From: Eledone cirrhosa
Lineage: Eukaryota
Length of the DNA: 64,000 bases
Direction of reading: 5' to 3'
Assembly (NCBI GenBank): GCA_964016885.1
Contig: OZ024743.1
Location: 339,636,001 to 339,700,000 of the forward strand
A program made the position numbers and the translations under genes. The notes under the pieces were generated by a model. It was not told where the DNA came from, did no database searches, and worked only from the letters and a program-made list of their open reading frames with translations. Positions within the stretch are counted from its first letter, which is position 1. Each line of letters begins with the position of its first letter. Positions 14,509 to 26,828 of the stretch are shown here, piece by piece.

Positions 14509-16791
14509 TTAAACCTTATTTAATGTTGGTCTATATTTTTGAATAAACATATTTTCCTTATTTATTCGCATTTGTTCTGTTGTATTGTTAGCGCAAAGGT
14601 AAAATGGGAAGACTTGGAATTTGGGTGTCTTATTACTTGCGCAAATGTCTAGATATGCACTTAGTGGTATCTGTCTCGTGGTTGGATCTCGTAATTGTTG
14701 GCGATGAACTGTCATTCTGTTTCTGAGTGTGAGTTTAGTTTGTCCTATATAATCTTCATTGCATCCTTTACATTTAATGGCATAAATTAGATTTTTTGAT
14801 GAGCAAGTGAAGTGATTTTTTACAGTAAAATTTTGTCCTGATTTAAATGTATACGTGTTGCCTTCAATGAGGTGAGTGCAGGTTCCACAATTAGAGCGAC
14901 CACATTTTTTGATACTTGGTTGTGGGTTTGTGGTAGGTAATTTGGCATTGGTGAGTAATGTTTTCAGTGATTTTGGTTGTCTTTTGCTTTTGATTATGTT
15001 GTGTGTTTCAAGGGCTTTTTTCATTCTTGGGTTTTGTTTTAGTAGTGGGATGTTATTGTGAATAGTGTTGTAAGCTTCCGCATTTCTTGGGTTGTGTGTT
15101 GAGATATATGATAGAATATTGGACGTACCTTGAATTTGTTTCTGTTTCCGTAATTCATCAATGCCTATTGCTTTAGCCCTTTCTATTCCATTATTTATTA
15201 GTAATAGTGGGTACTCTCTCTCAAGTAGAATTTCCTTTAATTCTTGAAGTCTTTTATTTCGCGTTTCATAATTGGAGACAATTGTGCAAATTCTTTTTGC
15301 TAGGTTAAAAGGAATGTTCGTCTTCGTGTGCTTTGGATGGTTGGAGGTGAATAGCAGATATTGTTTGGAATCTGTTGGTTTGTAGTGTATGTCAGTTTCG
15401 ATATTTGTGTCTTTTTTTGTGATTAAGATGTCCAGAAATGGGAGTTGATCTTGGCTGTATTCCATTGTGAATTGGATGTGATTATTGATGCCGTTTATTA
15501 AGTTTTTGAAATCCTTCAGTTGGTCGAGTGTGTGGGACCAAAGAATGAGGCAATCATCCAAGTAGCGTTTCCAATTCTCTGATAAATATTTGTGGAAGTT
15601 CAATCCGTATTTTGATTTGGACTGTTCATATATCTGGACTTCTAAGTATGCCATGACTAAGTTGGCATAAGTTGGAGCGGCTTTTGTGCCCATCGCAGTC
15701 CCCGATATTTGCTTGTAAGTATTGCCATCGAAATCAAAAAAGTTGTTCTGTAGGATGATGAAGCTTTTTTCTATTCTGTCAGGTATCTCATTGGGATATT
15801 TCTCTAGCCAGAATCCTATTGCTTCTAGTCCGTATTGTTGTGGGATCGTTGTGTAGAGATTCACTACATCGAAAGACACAATAATAGTGTCGTTGTTGAC
15901 ATGTTTGGGGAGGTGGTTTAAGAGGTCCAGATCGTCTCTTACAAGGCTTGGTATGTGTTTCAGTATTGGTTTCAGTAGTATGTCTATAAAGTTGCTCAAT
16001 CTGTGTGTTTCACATTGTGGGCCCGCTACAATTGGTCTTAATTTAAGGTCTGTGGGGTATTGTGTGTTCACGCAGGCTGAGGTGGATTGTTTACAGGCAT
16101 CGTTGATTATTTTACATTTGTGGATCTTCGGAAGTCCGTAAAGGTTGCTGGTTTTGTATTCAAAATTTGTTAAATAATCGCGTTCCTTTTTAGTTAGGTC
16201 TTCCTGGTATCGATAAATCAGTGTGTTTAATTTGGTCATTATTTTTGATTGCTGGTAGTTTTTTACTCTTTCATAGTAATTAGCATTTTGTAAGAGAGAG
16301 AACATAGAATTTTTATATTTTTCAGCCTCCATAATGACAACAGTACTTCCCTTGTCCGCTTCCTTAATTACAATGTCCGGATTGTTTTTTAGTTCATGGA
16401 TAATCTCCCATTCCCTTCGACTTGTGTTGGGTTTGGGTTTAGGTTGCGGTAGTTCATGGTATGGGAAGGTAGCTATGTGGTCACAAAATTTGTCCAGAAC
16501 TCTGTTTCTACCTTTTGTTGGGTTGTAGCTGCTTTTATTCCGTACAATTGATTCGTCGTTATTCTCCTTGTCAAAGAATTCCTCTGTGAGACGTAATTTT
16601 CTACAGAAGTGTGAGATATCGTCATTTATCTCGTTGGGGTTAGGATATTGTGGTGTTGGTGTGAATTTCAGACCTTTGGAGAGAATTTTTACTTGTTGGG
16701 CTGAGAGGTTTGTATTTGAAATGTTAATTATTTTCGGTTTTTCAAAATCGGTTTGTGCCACCGGGTGTCGTGAGTCCTGTAGCCTTGGTCT
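14509..16791 (-). CDS. PLE-2 reverse transcriptase + GIY-YIG endonuclease (open frame ~760 aa, no ATG start)
   Basis: ADKG, LYGLPKIHK, LRPIV, FDVVNLYT, QISGTAMG, WKRYLDD, FLD, Cys linker CGRSNCGTC, NLIYAIKC..C...YIGQT. There is a probable short in-frame deletion before ILQNN. Confidence 0.92.
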   Translation of the reverse strand, partial: RPRLQDSRHPVAQTDFEKPKIINISNTNLSAQQVKILSKGLKFTPTPQYPNPNEINDDISHFCRKLRLTEEFFDKENNDESIVRNKSSYNPTKGRNRVLDKFCDHIATFPYHELPQPKPKPNTSRREWEIIHELKNNPDIVIKEADKGSTVVIMEAEKYKNSMFSLLQNANYYERVKNYQQSKIMTKLNTLIYRYQEDLTKKERDYLTNFEYKTSNLYGLPKIHKCKIINDACKQSTSACVNTQYPTDLKLRPIVAGPQCETHRLSNFIDILLKPILKHIPSLVRDDLDLLNHLPKHVNNDTIIVSFDVVNLYTTIPQQYGLEAIGFWLEKYPNEIPDRIEKSFIILQNNFFDFDGNTYKQISGTAMGTKAAPTYANLVMAYLEVQIYEQSKSKYGLNFHKYLSENWKRYLDDCLILWSHTLDQLKDFKNLINGINNHIQFTMEYSQDQLPFLDILITKKDTNIETDIHYKPTDSKQYLLFTSNHPKHTKTNIPFNLAKRICTIVSNYETRNKRLQELKEILLEREYPLLLINNGIERAKAIGIDELRKQKQIQGTSNILSYISTHNPRNAEAYNTIHNNIPLLKQNPRMKKALETHNIIKSKRQPKSLKTLLTNAKLPTTNPQPSIKKCGRSNCGTCTHLIEGNTYTFKSGQNFTVKNHFTCSSKNLIYAIKCKGCNEDYIGQTKLTLRNRMTVHRQQLRDPTTRQIPLSAYLDICASNKTPKFQVFPFYLCANNTTEQMRINKENMFIQKYRPTLNKV

Positions 16792-17930
16792 AAAAAATGA
16801 TTTTTCTGGAATGTTTTTTCATTGGTATTATTATATCTAATGGTATTTCCCCTGTTGTTGTGTGGTCTTGTATAGAAGTTTCGGACGTATTGAGGTTCGG
16901 TTTGTTGATAGTCCGGGTTGTAGATTTGTTTCCTTTGTGTGGGTTGGGATCTATGGCTTTGGAACAGGCTCTGTGTGGGCAGGGGTCTACGGTTTTGGAA
17001 TAGGTTTTGTGTGGGTTGTGATCTGCGGATCAGGTCCTGCCTTGTGTTCGGGGATCTTTGGTTTTTGTTAGTAGGGTTATAGTTTTGTCTATGGTTTCTG
17101 GGATTATCGTTATAGTTTTGCTGGGGGTATGTTGGACGTTTTGTTACTTTTTTTGTTATTTGTTGTGCATGTGGTGTGTGAGTTTTAGTTTGTTTTAAAA
17201 ATGGGTTACCTGTATGTTGTTCATTTTTGAAGTCCATTTCGTAGTTGTTGAACCAGGTGGCGTTTTTTTCCCATCGCTGGAGGGATGTGAGTTCTTCATC
17301 CTCACAGTTTTCTTTCCAAAGTTTTAGGGGTTTTTTGTAGAGTAGGCCTTCAGAGTGCTTTGAGATTTCTGTGTCCATCTGTTGGTCGAGTGACTTGAAT
17401 TTTTCTTCGTTGGAGTTGGCTCTTAATCGCAACAGTTCTATTTCTGTTTTAATTTTTTCCAATGCCATCTTTTCCCTAAGTCTTTGTTGGTTTTCTGGTT
17501 CATTCGGGATGGGTTTTATTTGGAGTTTTTTGGGGAGGATGATTGGGGTAGAGTTTAGCCACTTTTCATATATGTCTGCCTTGCCATTATTTTTTAGGAG
17601 ATTCCAAAGGGCGAATTTGCGGGCTGTGAGCTTTTGAGTCCATATGTTGATTAGGGTGTTTTTCACTGAGTGGACATCTCGTAGATTGGGTTCTAACGGT
17701 TGTTCAAGCTTTTGGAGCATTGCTGTTTCAATGGTTTCGATTAGCTTAGTTAATACTGGAGTAATATTCGTCTCTTGGGTATTTTCTGTTTCTTCGTGGG
17801 GTCCTTTTTTATAGATGTGTATTTGGTCCACTTTGTTGGTCAAAATTGAGAGTTTAGAGGAAATCTCTTTGAGTTCATTTAAGATGTCCTGGTTCAGTGA
17901 GTTGTTGTTTTGTTGAGACTTTGGTGGCAT
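16728..17930 (-). CDS. PLE-2 upstream ORF (400 aa, MPPKSQQ...; helical/coiled-coil N-half, Q/N/R/P-rich C-half)
   Basis: Stop-free ATG-initiated ORF directly after the 5' pLTR. It overlaps the RT ORF, which lies in the -1 frame. Confidence 0.75.
   Translation of the reverse strand: MPPKSQQNNNSLNQDILNELKEISSKLSILTNKVDQIHIYKKGPHEETENTQETNITPVLTKLIETIETAMLQKLEQPLEPNLRDVHSVKNTLINIWTQKLTARKFALWNLLKNNGKADIYEKWLNSTPIILPKKLQIKPIPNEPENQQRLREKMALEKIKTEIELLRLRANSNEEKFKSLDQQMDTEISKHSEGLLYKKPLKLWKENCEDEELTSLQRWEKNATWFNNYEMDFKNEQHTGNPFLKQTKTHTPHAQQITKKVTKRPTYPQQNYNDNPRNHRQNYNPTNKNQRSPNTRQDLIRRSQPTQNLFQNRRPLPTQSLFQSHRSQPTQRKQIYNPDYQQTEPQYVRNFYTRPHNNRGNTIRYNNTNEKTFQKNHFLDQGYRTHDTRWHKPILKNRK
16791..16797 (-). 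promoter_or_regulatory. Candidate -1 ribosomal frameshift heptamer U_UUU_UUA
   Basis: The codons CAT TTT TTA are in the upstream-ORF frame, and a -1 slip enters the RT frame (..RPRLQDSRHPVAQTDFE). A possible hairpin GCUAC.GG/CC.GUGGC starts 7 nt downstream. Confidence 0.6.
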
Positions 17931-18111
17931 TTTCGGTCTTCGAACTGGCGCGAAATTTATTATAATTATTATAATTATTATAATTATTGACAAACCAATC
18001 AAATTACTTCTCGAAAAACCTGGTTTTCGAGCCACTTTTTCCATATAAAACAAGTAACATTTAGAGACCAACCAGATGTGAGAAAAACCACAGACCCTCC
18101 ATCTCAACTCA

Positions 18112-18149
18112 CCTTTTGAAAAGCAGAAGAACTGCGAAACCGGTAAAGG
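18112..18149 (+). ncRNA. Same HHR in the inverted 5' pLTR of PLE-2
   Basis: Exact mirror of 13444-13481. Confidence 0.8.
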
Positions 18150-18218
18150 AACCAAATAAATATATATATTTTTAAAAAAAATAAGACTTCAGTTGCATTT
18201 TCGATTTCATCCCTTTTT

Positions 18219-18295
<77 letters not shown>

Positions 18296-18313
18296 CATAT
18301 GTGTATATATATT

Positions 18314-18346
<33 letters not shown>

Positions 18347-18388
18347 ATACATATGTTTGTTTTGCAAGATTATTGATGTGAAATCGTG

Positions 18389-19311
18389 TCTTCTTCTTCT
18401 TCTTCTTCTTCTTCTTCTTCTTCTTCTTCTTCTTCTTCTTCTTCGCCCATTTATTCCCGAGAGAGTCCCGGGGTCAGAGTCCTCAAACACTCCTTCTACC
18501 GGGTCTCGTCAGAAACAATCGTTTCCAACTGATCCAAGCGAGACCAACCGAGCTCATGGATGTTATCCAACCATCTTGCTTGGGGGTCTAGCCCTGGATC
18601 TCCTGCTCGTTGTTTTTGCCCGTAAAAGTGATTACTTCCTGAGACGTTCTAACCACATGCCGATAGCATCGGAGCTCTGAACTCTCAATTCGGAGAAGTA
18701 ACTGCTCTACCTGGAGTGACTCTGTGATCTCCGAGCTACTCACTCTAACGAGTAACATTACTCTAAAGACCTTTCAGAGGAACCCCATTCGGATGCTTGA
18801 ATTTGCGATAGTTTTCTTTCGGTCATTACCCAAGATTCATGACCATAGGTAAGGGTTAGCACGAAAACCGAATTGAAGATAGTGAGTTTGGCTTTTGCAC
18901 CTATCTCTCTTCTTCTAATTACCGAATGCTGAAGCTGGAACATTACTGCAACAGTTCCTGCAATTCTTGCACTTAATTCAACCTCCTGACTTCGCCCTCT
19001 CACGAACACGGCCCGAGGTACTTGAACTCTCCACCTGATTCAGTGGAACTCCACTCCCATCGAGAATGCACTGTGCAGGATTCCTTGAAAGAACGAGTGT
19101 CTCATTTTTCGCAGCACTGGTTTTCATTCTACCCATGCAGCACCCGGCATCAAATCGATCAAGTGCAACTCGGGGTTCACCTTCTGTCGATTTTAGTAAT
19201 ACCATGTCGTTTGCAAATTCCAGCCGACTGATTCTATACCTGCCAGTCATGATACCACTTCTAGCCTGGTTGTGCATGTCAATCCTGTTCATAAAAATAA
19301 TGAGCAGATAA
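18389..19311 (-). mobile_element. RTE-clade (Rex3/Expander-like) LINE 3' fragment with (GAA)n tail
   Basis: ISRLEFANDMVLL (decayed FADD) and LTYGHESWVMTE. The tail appears as (CTT)n at 18389-18444 on the + strand. Confidence 0.85.
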
Positions 19312-20500
19312 TGTTATACTTTGGGAGAGTCATGCTACCAATAATAACACACGCACCAGTTGGTTTTCACTTCAATTTTATTATTAGTCATTTAGTAACC
19401 AGAATTTTATTTAATTGTTAAAGCTCTTTCGTCACACATTCTGTGACATTCTTAAGGACTATTTTAGCCCCTTGTCTATCTTCTTCGTTTTGATTTTGCT
19501 CTAGTTACTCCACTTTTTATTTCTGTGCTGTGTGTATAGTATGCTCATACGTGTCTGTGTCTTTGTATATTGCTACATCCGTATGTGTCTGTGTACGGTA
19601 TACACATACGTATATTTGAGCATGTGTATGCGTCGTTTAACGTTGCTTCCTGCAAGTTTCTCTGTATGTTTACCTTTAACTGCATATGTGGGGTATTTGT
19701 GTGTGCTCTGGTAACCTCCCACCGGCCATCGCATGTATTTACTCATCTATATGTCTATATGTGCGTCTGTACACATTCATCCACATCCCTAAGCTTGTTG
19801 ATATTTCTGTCAGAGTATCAATTCCTATGTGCCATAATAATTGTTTCTACTATAGGCATAAGGCCAGCAATTTGAAAGGAAGGGGTAAGTCGATTAAATC
19901 GACCCCAGTGCATTACTGGTGCTTTATTTTATCGACCCTATAAGGATGAAAGGCAAATCTAACCTTGGCGGGATTTGAACACAGAACGTAAAGGGCCGTA
20001 ACTCTATGCTGCAAAGCATGGTGTCCGACGCTCTACCGATTCTTCCAAATCATCACCCTTATGTGCCGTAATAATAATTATCATTCGTCCCTAGGCATTG
20101 GAGTCGTTACTATCTTATTCCTGCTTTCTATTGAGGGTGGATTTGTGTCTGCGCACTTATGTATATACATTCTTATTTGTCATATCTTTGTCATCAGTCA
20201 CTAAATTGTGGGATTGTTGCTATTCCATTCCAGCTTTCTACTGAGGGTGGGTTTAGTTTGTTATATTGGTGGTTTCCTTAATCTCTCAGAACCCTGTGAG
20301 TGGATATGATTTTTACCTCGACGTTTTTCAGTGATTCACCATGTTTTAATTTAGTTTGCTGGTAGATTACTGACGAGTTTTTCTTGTCTTTGAATTCCTG
20401 CCGGTGCTCTTTCATTCTTTCTCCCACACCACGGGTCGTTTCTCCTGCGCATGTTATGGTCGTGTTCTTACATTGTTTATCTGTGCATCTTATGTTATAT
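19311..20500 (-). mobile_element. Older diverged PLE-1-family 3' fragment (GIY-YIG end + pLTR), interrupted by a SINE
   Basis: GETTRGVGERMKEHRQEFKDKKNSSVIYQ..STHR and PTLSRKLEWNSN match PLE-1. The pLTR motif TGAAGTGAAA..AACTGGTGCGTGTG is shared. An HHR remnant at ~19418-19460 has a mutated core. Confidence 0.8.
19838..20060 (-). mobile_element. tRNA-derived Deu/Nin-domain SINE
   Basis: B-box GTTCAAATCCC plus GCCTTTCATCCTT..GGGTCGATAAAATAAAG.ACCAG core on the minus strand. Confidence 0.8.
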
Positions 20501-22192
20501 ATAATATTTCTAGTTTTATAATTTATCTATGCATTTACCTTATAGACTACGCAATTCATGTAAGTGAATATTTTGTTTCTTTCTTCTTTTAACGGGTAAG
20601 TTCTGCAGCAAAATATATGTAGTGCTTTCACCTATTATCATCAAAACAGCTTTTGTTTTATCCTTTGAATATGTTCTGAGGTAATTTATATTTATGATAA
20701 TGATATTTCAAGGATGGGTAGAATGCGACAAAGCTCAATTAAACTGTTCTGTCAACATTTGGCAGATCAGCAGCAATGTTAGTCATTACATGCGACAGTG
20801 CATTCTTGTCACGTACATTGAAATAGTTTATACGTGTCTTGTATATTTTCTTTACCTGAAACTTCAGGACCATCAAGAAATTAGAACATGTGTTCTACAT
20901 CTTTATCTTGTAGACATTTTATAATGCTGTCAAATACACGGCGTCACAGCTCGTTTAAACTTTGTGGAGAGGGGATGGGCTCCGCCCGGTTTTAAAAGGG
21001 TGCTCAAGAAATGCCGTACGTCATTACAGCGCACCTGAATTTCCACCAGGAGTTATGGGTCCATACAAACATATCAGCGTCAACAACAGCCGCATTCTTC
21101 ACATTAACATCAATGATGTTATCATTGAATATTGGAGCACATTCAGGTAAACCTAAGTCGTGGTAACGTAGACTGTTTAATAATGAACGTTTGCTGAATA
21201 TCGCGTGGTGTTCAATTGCGTGCTTCTTCATATATTTTGCCCTCTGCTATGAGATCCTGAATCATATACTGCAAAAATTGTTGTAATAGCGACAGAGGAT
21301 AATTTGTTCTATTTAGGGCACGTACAATGGCGAATACTTTTCAGTTGAGAAGGCATTCTTACATATTATCGCTTCTGATGTACATGGCACCTGTTTTTCA
21401 TTGCTATATACCAAATTTCTGCGTTTAGCTACAGCTTTGTGAGTATTGTGAAAACACCATCATCAATGCGAATGTGTACAGTATGCATTCTAAAGATGAT
21501 TCCATCTCCTTCGCGTACTCTTTCTTCTTTTCTCAAAGAAGTAATTGCAAGGAATTTCAAAACAGAAATACTGTGTAGTAGCTTATCAGTTTCATTTAAT
21601 CTAAACCATACCATAGGGTAGTGTTTCTGTTTTGAACATTTTCAAATGCCCCACTTTCAGCGCCTTCTTGAAATTAACCTGGCTGTTGATTTCAAGGTGT
21701 ACTGGAAGACAAATAACAGTATATAATCTACCATCCTTTTTGAATTCCAGCAACTTCCACAACGCTTCTAGAGAAATGACGCAACGACAATTTATGTACT
21801 GCGACCATTAGTATACTATTACTAAGATTGTTTTCCATACGCTGACGCATATGTGTATATGTGTGTGTATGTGTATATGTATGTGTATATAAATATGAAC
21901 GCGCAAACACAGATACACTTACAAAAATGCACACTCACAGACATACATTCACAAACACACACATACATTCACACAAACACACACACATACATTCACACAA
22001 ACATACACACATACATTTACACAAACACACGCATACGCATACACTCACACACAGCGTAGTTTTTTCACCATCCCCTTCCTTCCTTTTACACACACATACA
22101 TTCAAGCAGGTATCTGTGTCTGTCGAATTATCAATTACATCACACACACACTCTCTCTCTCTCTGTCTCACACACACACACACACACATATA

Positions 22193-22270
22193 TACGGTGT
22201 TCCCAACAATGTATACAAACTTCAACAGCATTCTAATAAATATGTGTATACATTTTTGGGACGCCCTCTA
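22193..22270. mobile_element. Tiny Tc1/mariner-type MITE
   Basis: Imperfect TIRs TACGGTGTTCCCAACAATGTATACA / TGTATACATTTTTGGGACGCCCTCTA. Confidence 0.55.
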
Positions 22271-22280
22271 CATCTCTCAC

Positions 22281-22430
<150 letters not shown>

Positions 22431-22817
22431 GAGTAGGAACGAGGTGTCGAAGAATCATCATTATATTTATCCGCGTGTACACACATATATACATGCTACG
22501 ACTAAATACTAAATATAGAACGTATTTAAAACAACTTCGAAAATTCCACAAAACGAAAATACGTGAAGGACCCATGACTTACATCTATTTTAAGGTGAAA
22601 ACATCGCAAATTGATATTTCAAATTTCTTGTTTTCCCTTTTTTGTCCGAAGTCCGAACACGAAAAACTCGGAATAACGATTTGTGAATTTTTCAGCAGCA
22701 ATAAATGTAATATACAAACTCGTCTCTATTGAATACTCTCTTCTTCATACTTTTTTTGACAAAACACACACAAACATACATATTCATATATACAGACACA
22801 AACGCAAACATATACAT

Positions 22818-22860
<43 letters not shown>

Positions 22861-23859
22861 CACACACACACACACAATGGTAGTCATGTGTTGTAGATGT
22901 AAAGTGCTTTTTTTGTTACAATTACCTCTGTTACTATATTTCTGTTAAAAGATTGGTGACTAATAGATGCTTTGCATTTGTTATTTCAAGGAGAAATTTT
23001 TCAATCCAGTGCGTATATATATATATGGAGATAAGCAGCTAGTCTAATCGCTACTGCTTCAAGCTAATAGTCGAAGATGCTATAGTATATCTCCCTTAAT
23101 CCTTCCTCTGTAGTGTCTTATAACTAATATATGTAACTTAGTCTATCCAGTTGTAAAATAAGTGCCTGACTAGCTACAATACAATGTTGTAAACAACGTA
23201 AGAGCTATACGTAGTATTTTCTACGTGGTATATCAACCTGATATCAGTAACAGCCGAATGTCTTCTTTAAGAAAAAAAACCGGAAGGATTATGTATTTTA
23301 AGATACTTTATCTGAAATACTGGATGGACACAGCTAGAAAGCTTTTGATGATAATTCTGCTTGAATAAGGCTGACCTAACTCTAAATAACAACAATGTTA
23401 GAACTATACAGGCTAACGTGATAGCTACTATGTGGTTGCTAAATCTGGTAGAAATAGCAGCCAATTTCGACTCAAATCACACATTCAAATGTCATAAAAA
23501 ACGAAAGACATTAATTAATGAAGTTTTAATTAAATAGTGTTTGAAAATCGGGGTCGGGATGATCCCTGCTGGAACGTTTTGGACCATAGTTTTACTCAAC
23601 CATGGTTTATTTAAGCTAAACAACATTGTAACGAACCAGCACAGGAGTTTTTGCGTGGTCTCTCAGTCTGCTAGAAATAGAGGCTAAATTCCCTCAGACC
23701 CCCACCCATCTTAACAAAGAACATATTGGATAATGGAGTAGCGGATTCCCTGCATACAACAATATGGCGGAATTCTCTTGAGTGCTGCACTGGAAGGTAT
23801 ATTTAAAAGGTTTAACTAGAATATATAAAAAAGAAAGAAATATAAATGGGTAATTTTAC

Positions 23860-24590
23860 AATCATTTAGGTTTTTCTGGCGACATAGTTCTCTTCTTAAA
23901 TGATGTCCATGATCTGCAACAAATGTTAAATAAAATGAACAGTGAAAGCAACAAAGTGTGACAAAATAAATATGAAGAAAATACAAGTTCAACAGCCATG
24001 TAACAAGTAAAGTCCCTTAAATAAACTATGATATTATGATAACAATTAACAAATATATTTATCTTGGACAGCTGGTAAACATAAACTACAGCCATATATG
24101 GAAAATTAAAAAAAAGATTAATCCAAATTGAATGGTGTGCTTTTGGTAAATTAAATGATGTCATGAAAAGTAAGATGCCACAACGTCTGAAGTGCTGAGT
24201 GTTTGACCAGCGTATCATACTAGCAATGACTTATGGAGCAGAGATATTGTCAATGACTAAAAACATGAATCTGAAGCATTGAATAACACACAGAAGTATG
24301 AAAATATGACTGTTAGGAATCATTAAAGAACAAGGAACTTGTTACTGGATAAGAGACCCAACAAAAGTACAAGACATCATTAAACACATTAAGAAAAGAA
24401 AATGAGAGTGAGTAGGGTATGTAGCACGAACGAATGACAACAGATATACAAAGATGTGTAAAACATAGAGACGAAGTAGTTGAAGAAGACAGAGGATGAG
24501 ATGGAGAGATTAAATCGATAAGTTTATAGAAGATACGCGGTAAAGAGCGGTACAGGATAGGAACAAATAGTACCAGCTTGGGGAGCTGAT
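23860..24590 (+). pseudogene. Highly decayed RTE LINE RT 3' region
   Basis: WCAFGKLNDVMKSKMP...VFDQRIILAMTYGAE remnants with many stops. Confidence 0.65.
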
Positions 24591-24639
24591 TTATGATAGC
24601 ATATTCTTTATAGATATATCTATGACAGAATTACAGAAG

Positions 24640-25860
24640 AATATTTGGGATATGGTTTTATTACGTTACCTACGAACAAGCTACTTTCAATGTACTTCAT
24701 TTGCCTAAAGTTGTTGTTGACTGAATCTATGGAACCTTCAAAATTAGAACACATGAAAGAAATTCATGCCGACCAGACAAAGAGTTATCTTATTTTAAAG
24801 TACTTTGATACACATTTTGTAAATAACTGGCGTTGTCAAATATGTCTTCATCTGCACCACTACCAGGAACTGGTGGGTTATGCACCTCTTACACAATTTC
24901 AAAACTGGTTACCAAATCCAGAAGGCTACATACTATTGGCGAAGAATTGGTCCCATCAGTTGTTACTGAGGTTATATACACCGTGTTGCTCAAGCCAGTG
25001 ACTGGCATAATCTACAAAATACCTTTGAGCAATAATACGACAAATTTACGAAATAGGCAAGAATATAGAAGACACATTATGATTTTTTATTAAGGACTAC
25101 CCAATTTTCGTTACAACTAAATTAGTCTATTTTACCATGGAAAGAAGCTTTACTGTTAGTTTACGTTTAGTTTAGCTATTTGGAAAATAACTCGAAATTT
25201 ATTATTTGCCGTGTGTTTATTAACATATACGAAAGGAGAGTATATAATTTTAGTTGGGAAAGATTTTTTTAAGAAAAGTAGATTTCTCTTACAAATATAA
25301 CGACAAATACGACTAATGCAGCTCCAGTGATGATGGGTTTCCACCGTGAATTAATTGCAAACGCTTAAAAATGTCAGTACAGAATGTATTGGCGGTGCAT
25401 TGCATAATTCATTGACAACATTTAGTTGCAAAAATCCTTAGTGGTTGCTTGCATTACTTATTGTGCAATAAATCATTACAGTAATTAACAAAATTAGAAA
25501 CAATTTTCTCAATGACAGGTTATAAAGACAGTTATGCGAACAAAACAATGAAGAAAAGAATTGTTATTCTTCACTAAGGTTTAAAGCACTTGTCTGAGTT
25601 ATTCTTATAGTAATTTAGAGACTACTGCAATGAGATGAACTGAATTTAATTAAAACGGAAGTTGTTATATGTGAATGTGTTTCAAAACATATCCTATTCA
25701 AGCATATCTTGGAACATAGAACATTTTACCCGTTTCCGAGGCGTTATGTCTCCAAGGAAATTACAAAATACATGGTTGATGACATTCAGATATACTGTTG
25801 TCATTTGGAAACATTTCATAAAGACTTCTCTTAATTATTTAAAGATATTCTCGCTGTGAA
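24640..25860 (+). pseudogene. Decayed hAT (Buster/Charlie, ZBED5/8-like) transposase
   Basis: ESMEPSKL.H...H, K..R.HTIGEELV and IPLSNNT motifs. Confidence 0.75.
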
Positions 25861-26251
25861 GATTCAAGATTGGGTTTTAGACCAATTAGGAGTCGGGACG
25901 ATCTAATTGATCAGGATTTACTTAAGCTAAACAACAGCATAAAGAACCAACACGCAAGTCTTAGCGTCTGATCTCCGAGAAATAGCAGCTAAATTCCCCA
26001 AAACTCCACTCACCTTAAAAAAGAACAAGTTGGATAATGGGGTAGAATTGATTGCATTAAAAAACCAACGAAGAGTTTGAAGTTCAAAATTAAGAAGATA
26101 TACCATCATTTGGGGTTGCTATATCAAACTATAAATCTTTATTCTGGTTTATGGACTACTGTGAAAGAGTTATTGTGTTTCCATTGTCCTATTTGGTGCC
26201 GTTCATGAAATTTGGACAACAAAATGAAACTGGCGGCAAATTCTGGGTTTA

Positions 26252-26540
26252 ATAATTGTTTCTACTTTTGGCACAGGGCCAACAATTACCCCTGTGCATT
26301 ACTGGTACTTTATTTTATCGACCCCCTAAGGATAAAAGGCATAGTTAACCTCGGTGGAATTTGAACTCAGAACGTAAAGAGCAATAACTCTATGCTGCAA
26401 AGCATGGTGTCTGACGCTCTACCGATACTGCCAATCCACCGCCTTGTGGATTTAATAGTTGTTTCTTCTTTTGGCACAAGGCCAACAATTATCCCCATAA
26501 GGATGAAATGCAAAGTTAACCTCGGTGGGATTTGAACTCA
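26252..26540 (-). mobile_element. Deu/Nin-domain SINE plus partial second copy
   Basis: Reverse complement of the 28275-28462 family. Confidence 0.8.
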
Positions 26541-26780
26541 GACAGCAAAATAATATTGAACCGAAAGTGGAAGAAATAGTTTCACGTCGGATCCATAATT
26601 TACATTAGATACTTCTGCACTATTATATCTCTGGTTATACATATACAATAAACGTGGAACAGTTTTAGAAGCAGCACTTATAAAACTTAATAATAGAGTA
26701 TCTTTTGGATTTCTGATGAAATTGTGTGTGTGTGTGAGTGTGAGTGTGTGTGAGAGAGAGAGAGAGAGAGTGTGTGTGTG

Positions 26781-26828
<48 letters not shown>

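Larger units (their letters stand above)
13307..18223 (-). mobile_element. Penelope-like retroelement (PLE-2, Neptune-like) with inverted 5' pLTR (17941-18223 = reverse complement of 13370-13634)
   Basis: RT-GIY-YIG ORF, upstream ORF, CA-rich 3'UTR and HHR-bearing pLTRs. (TA)n on both flanks. Confidence 0.95.

Noticed and set aside
17931-18155. N-terminal extension of the 475-aa ORF and its twin ORF 13438-13695
   Set aside because: This is antisense read-through of the inverted pLTR. The plausible start is the ATG at 17930.
21004-21231. NIIDVNVKN resembling the Cys-loop receptor motif IIDVDEKN
   Set aside because: No flanking W.D..L.W or Cys-loop motif, so the similarity is too short.
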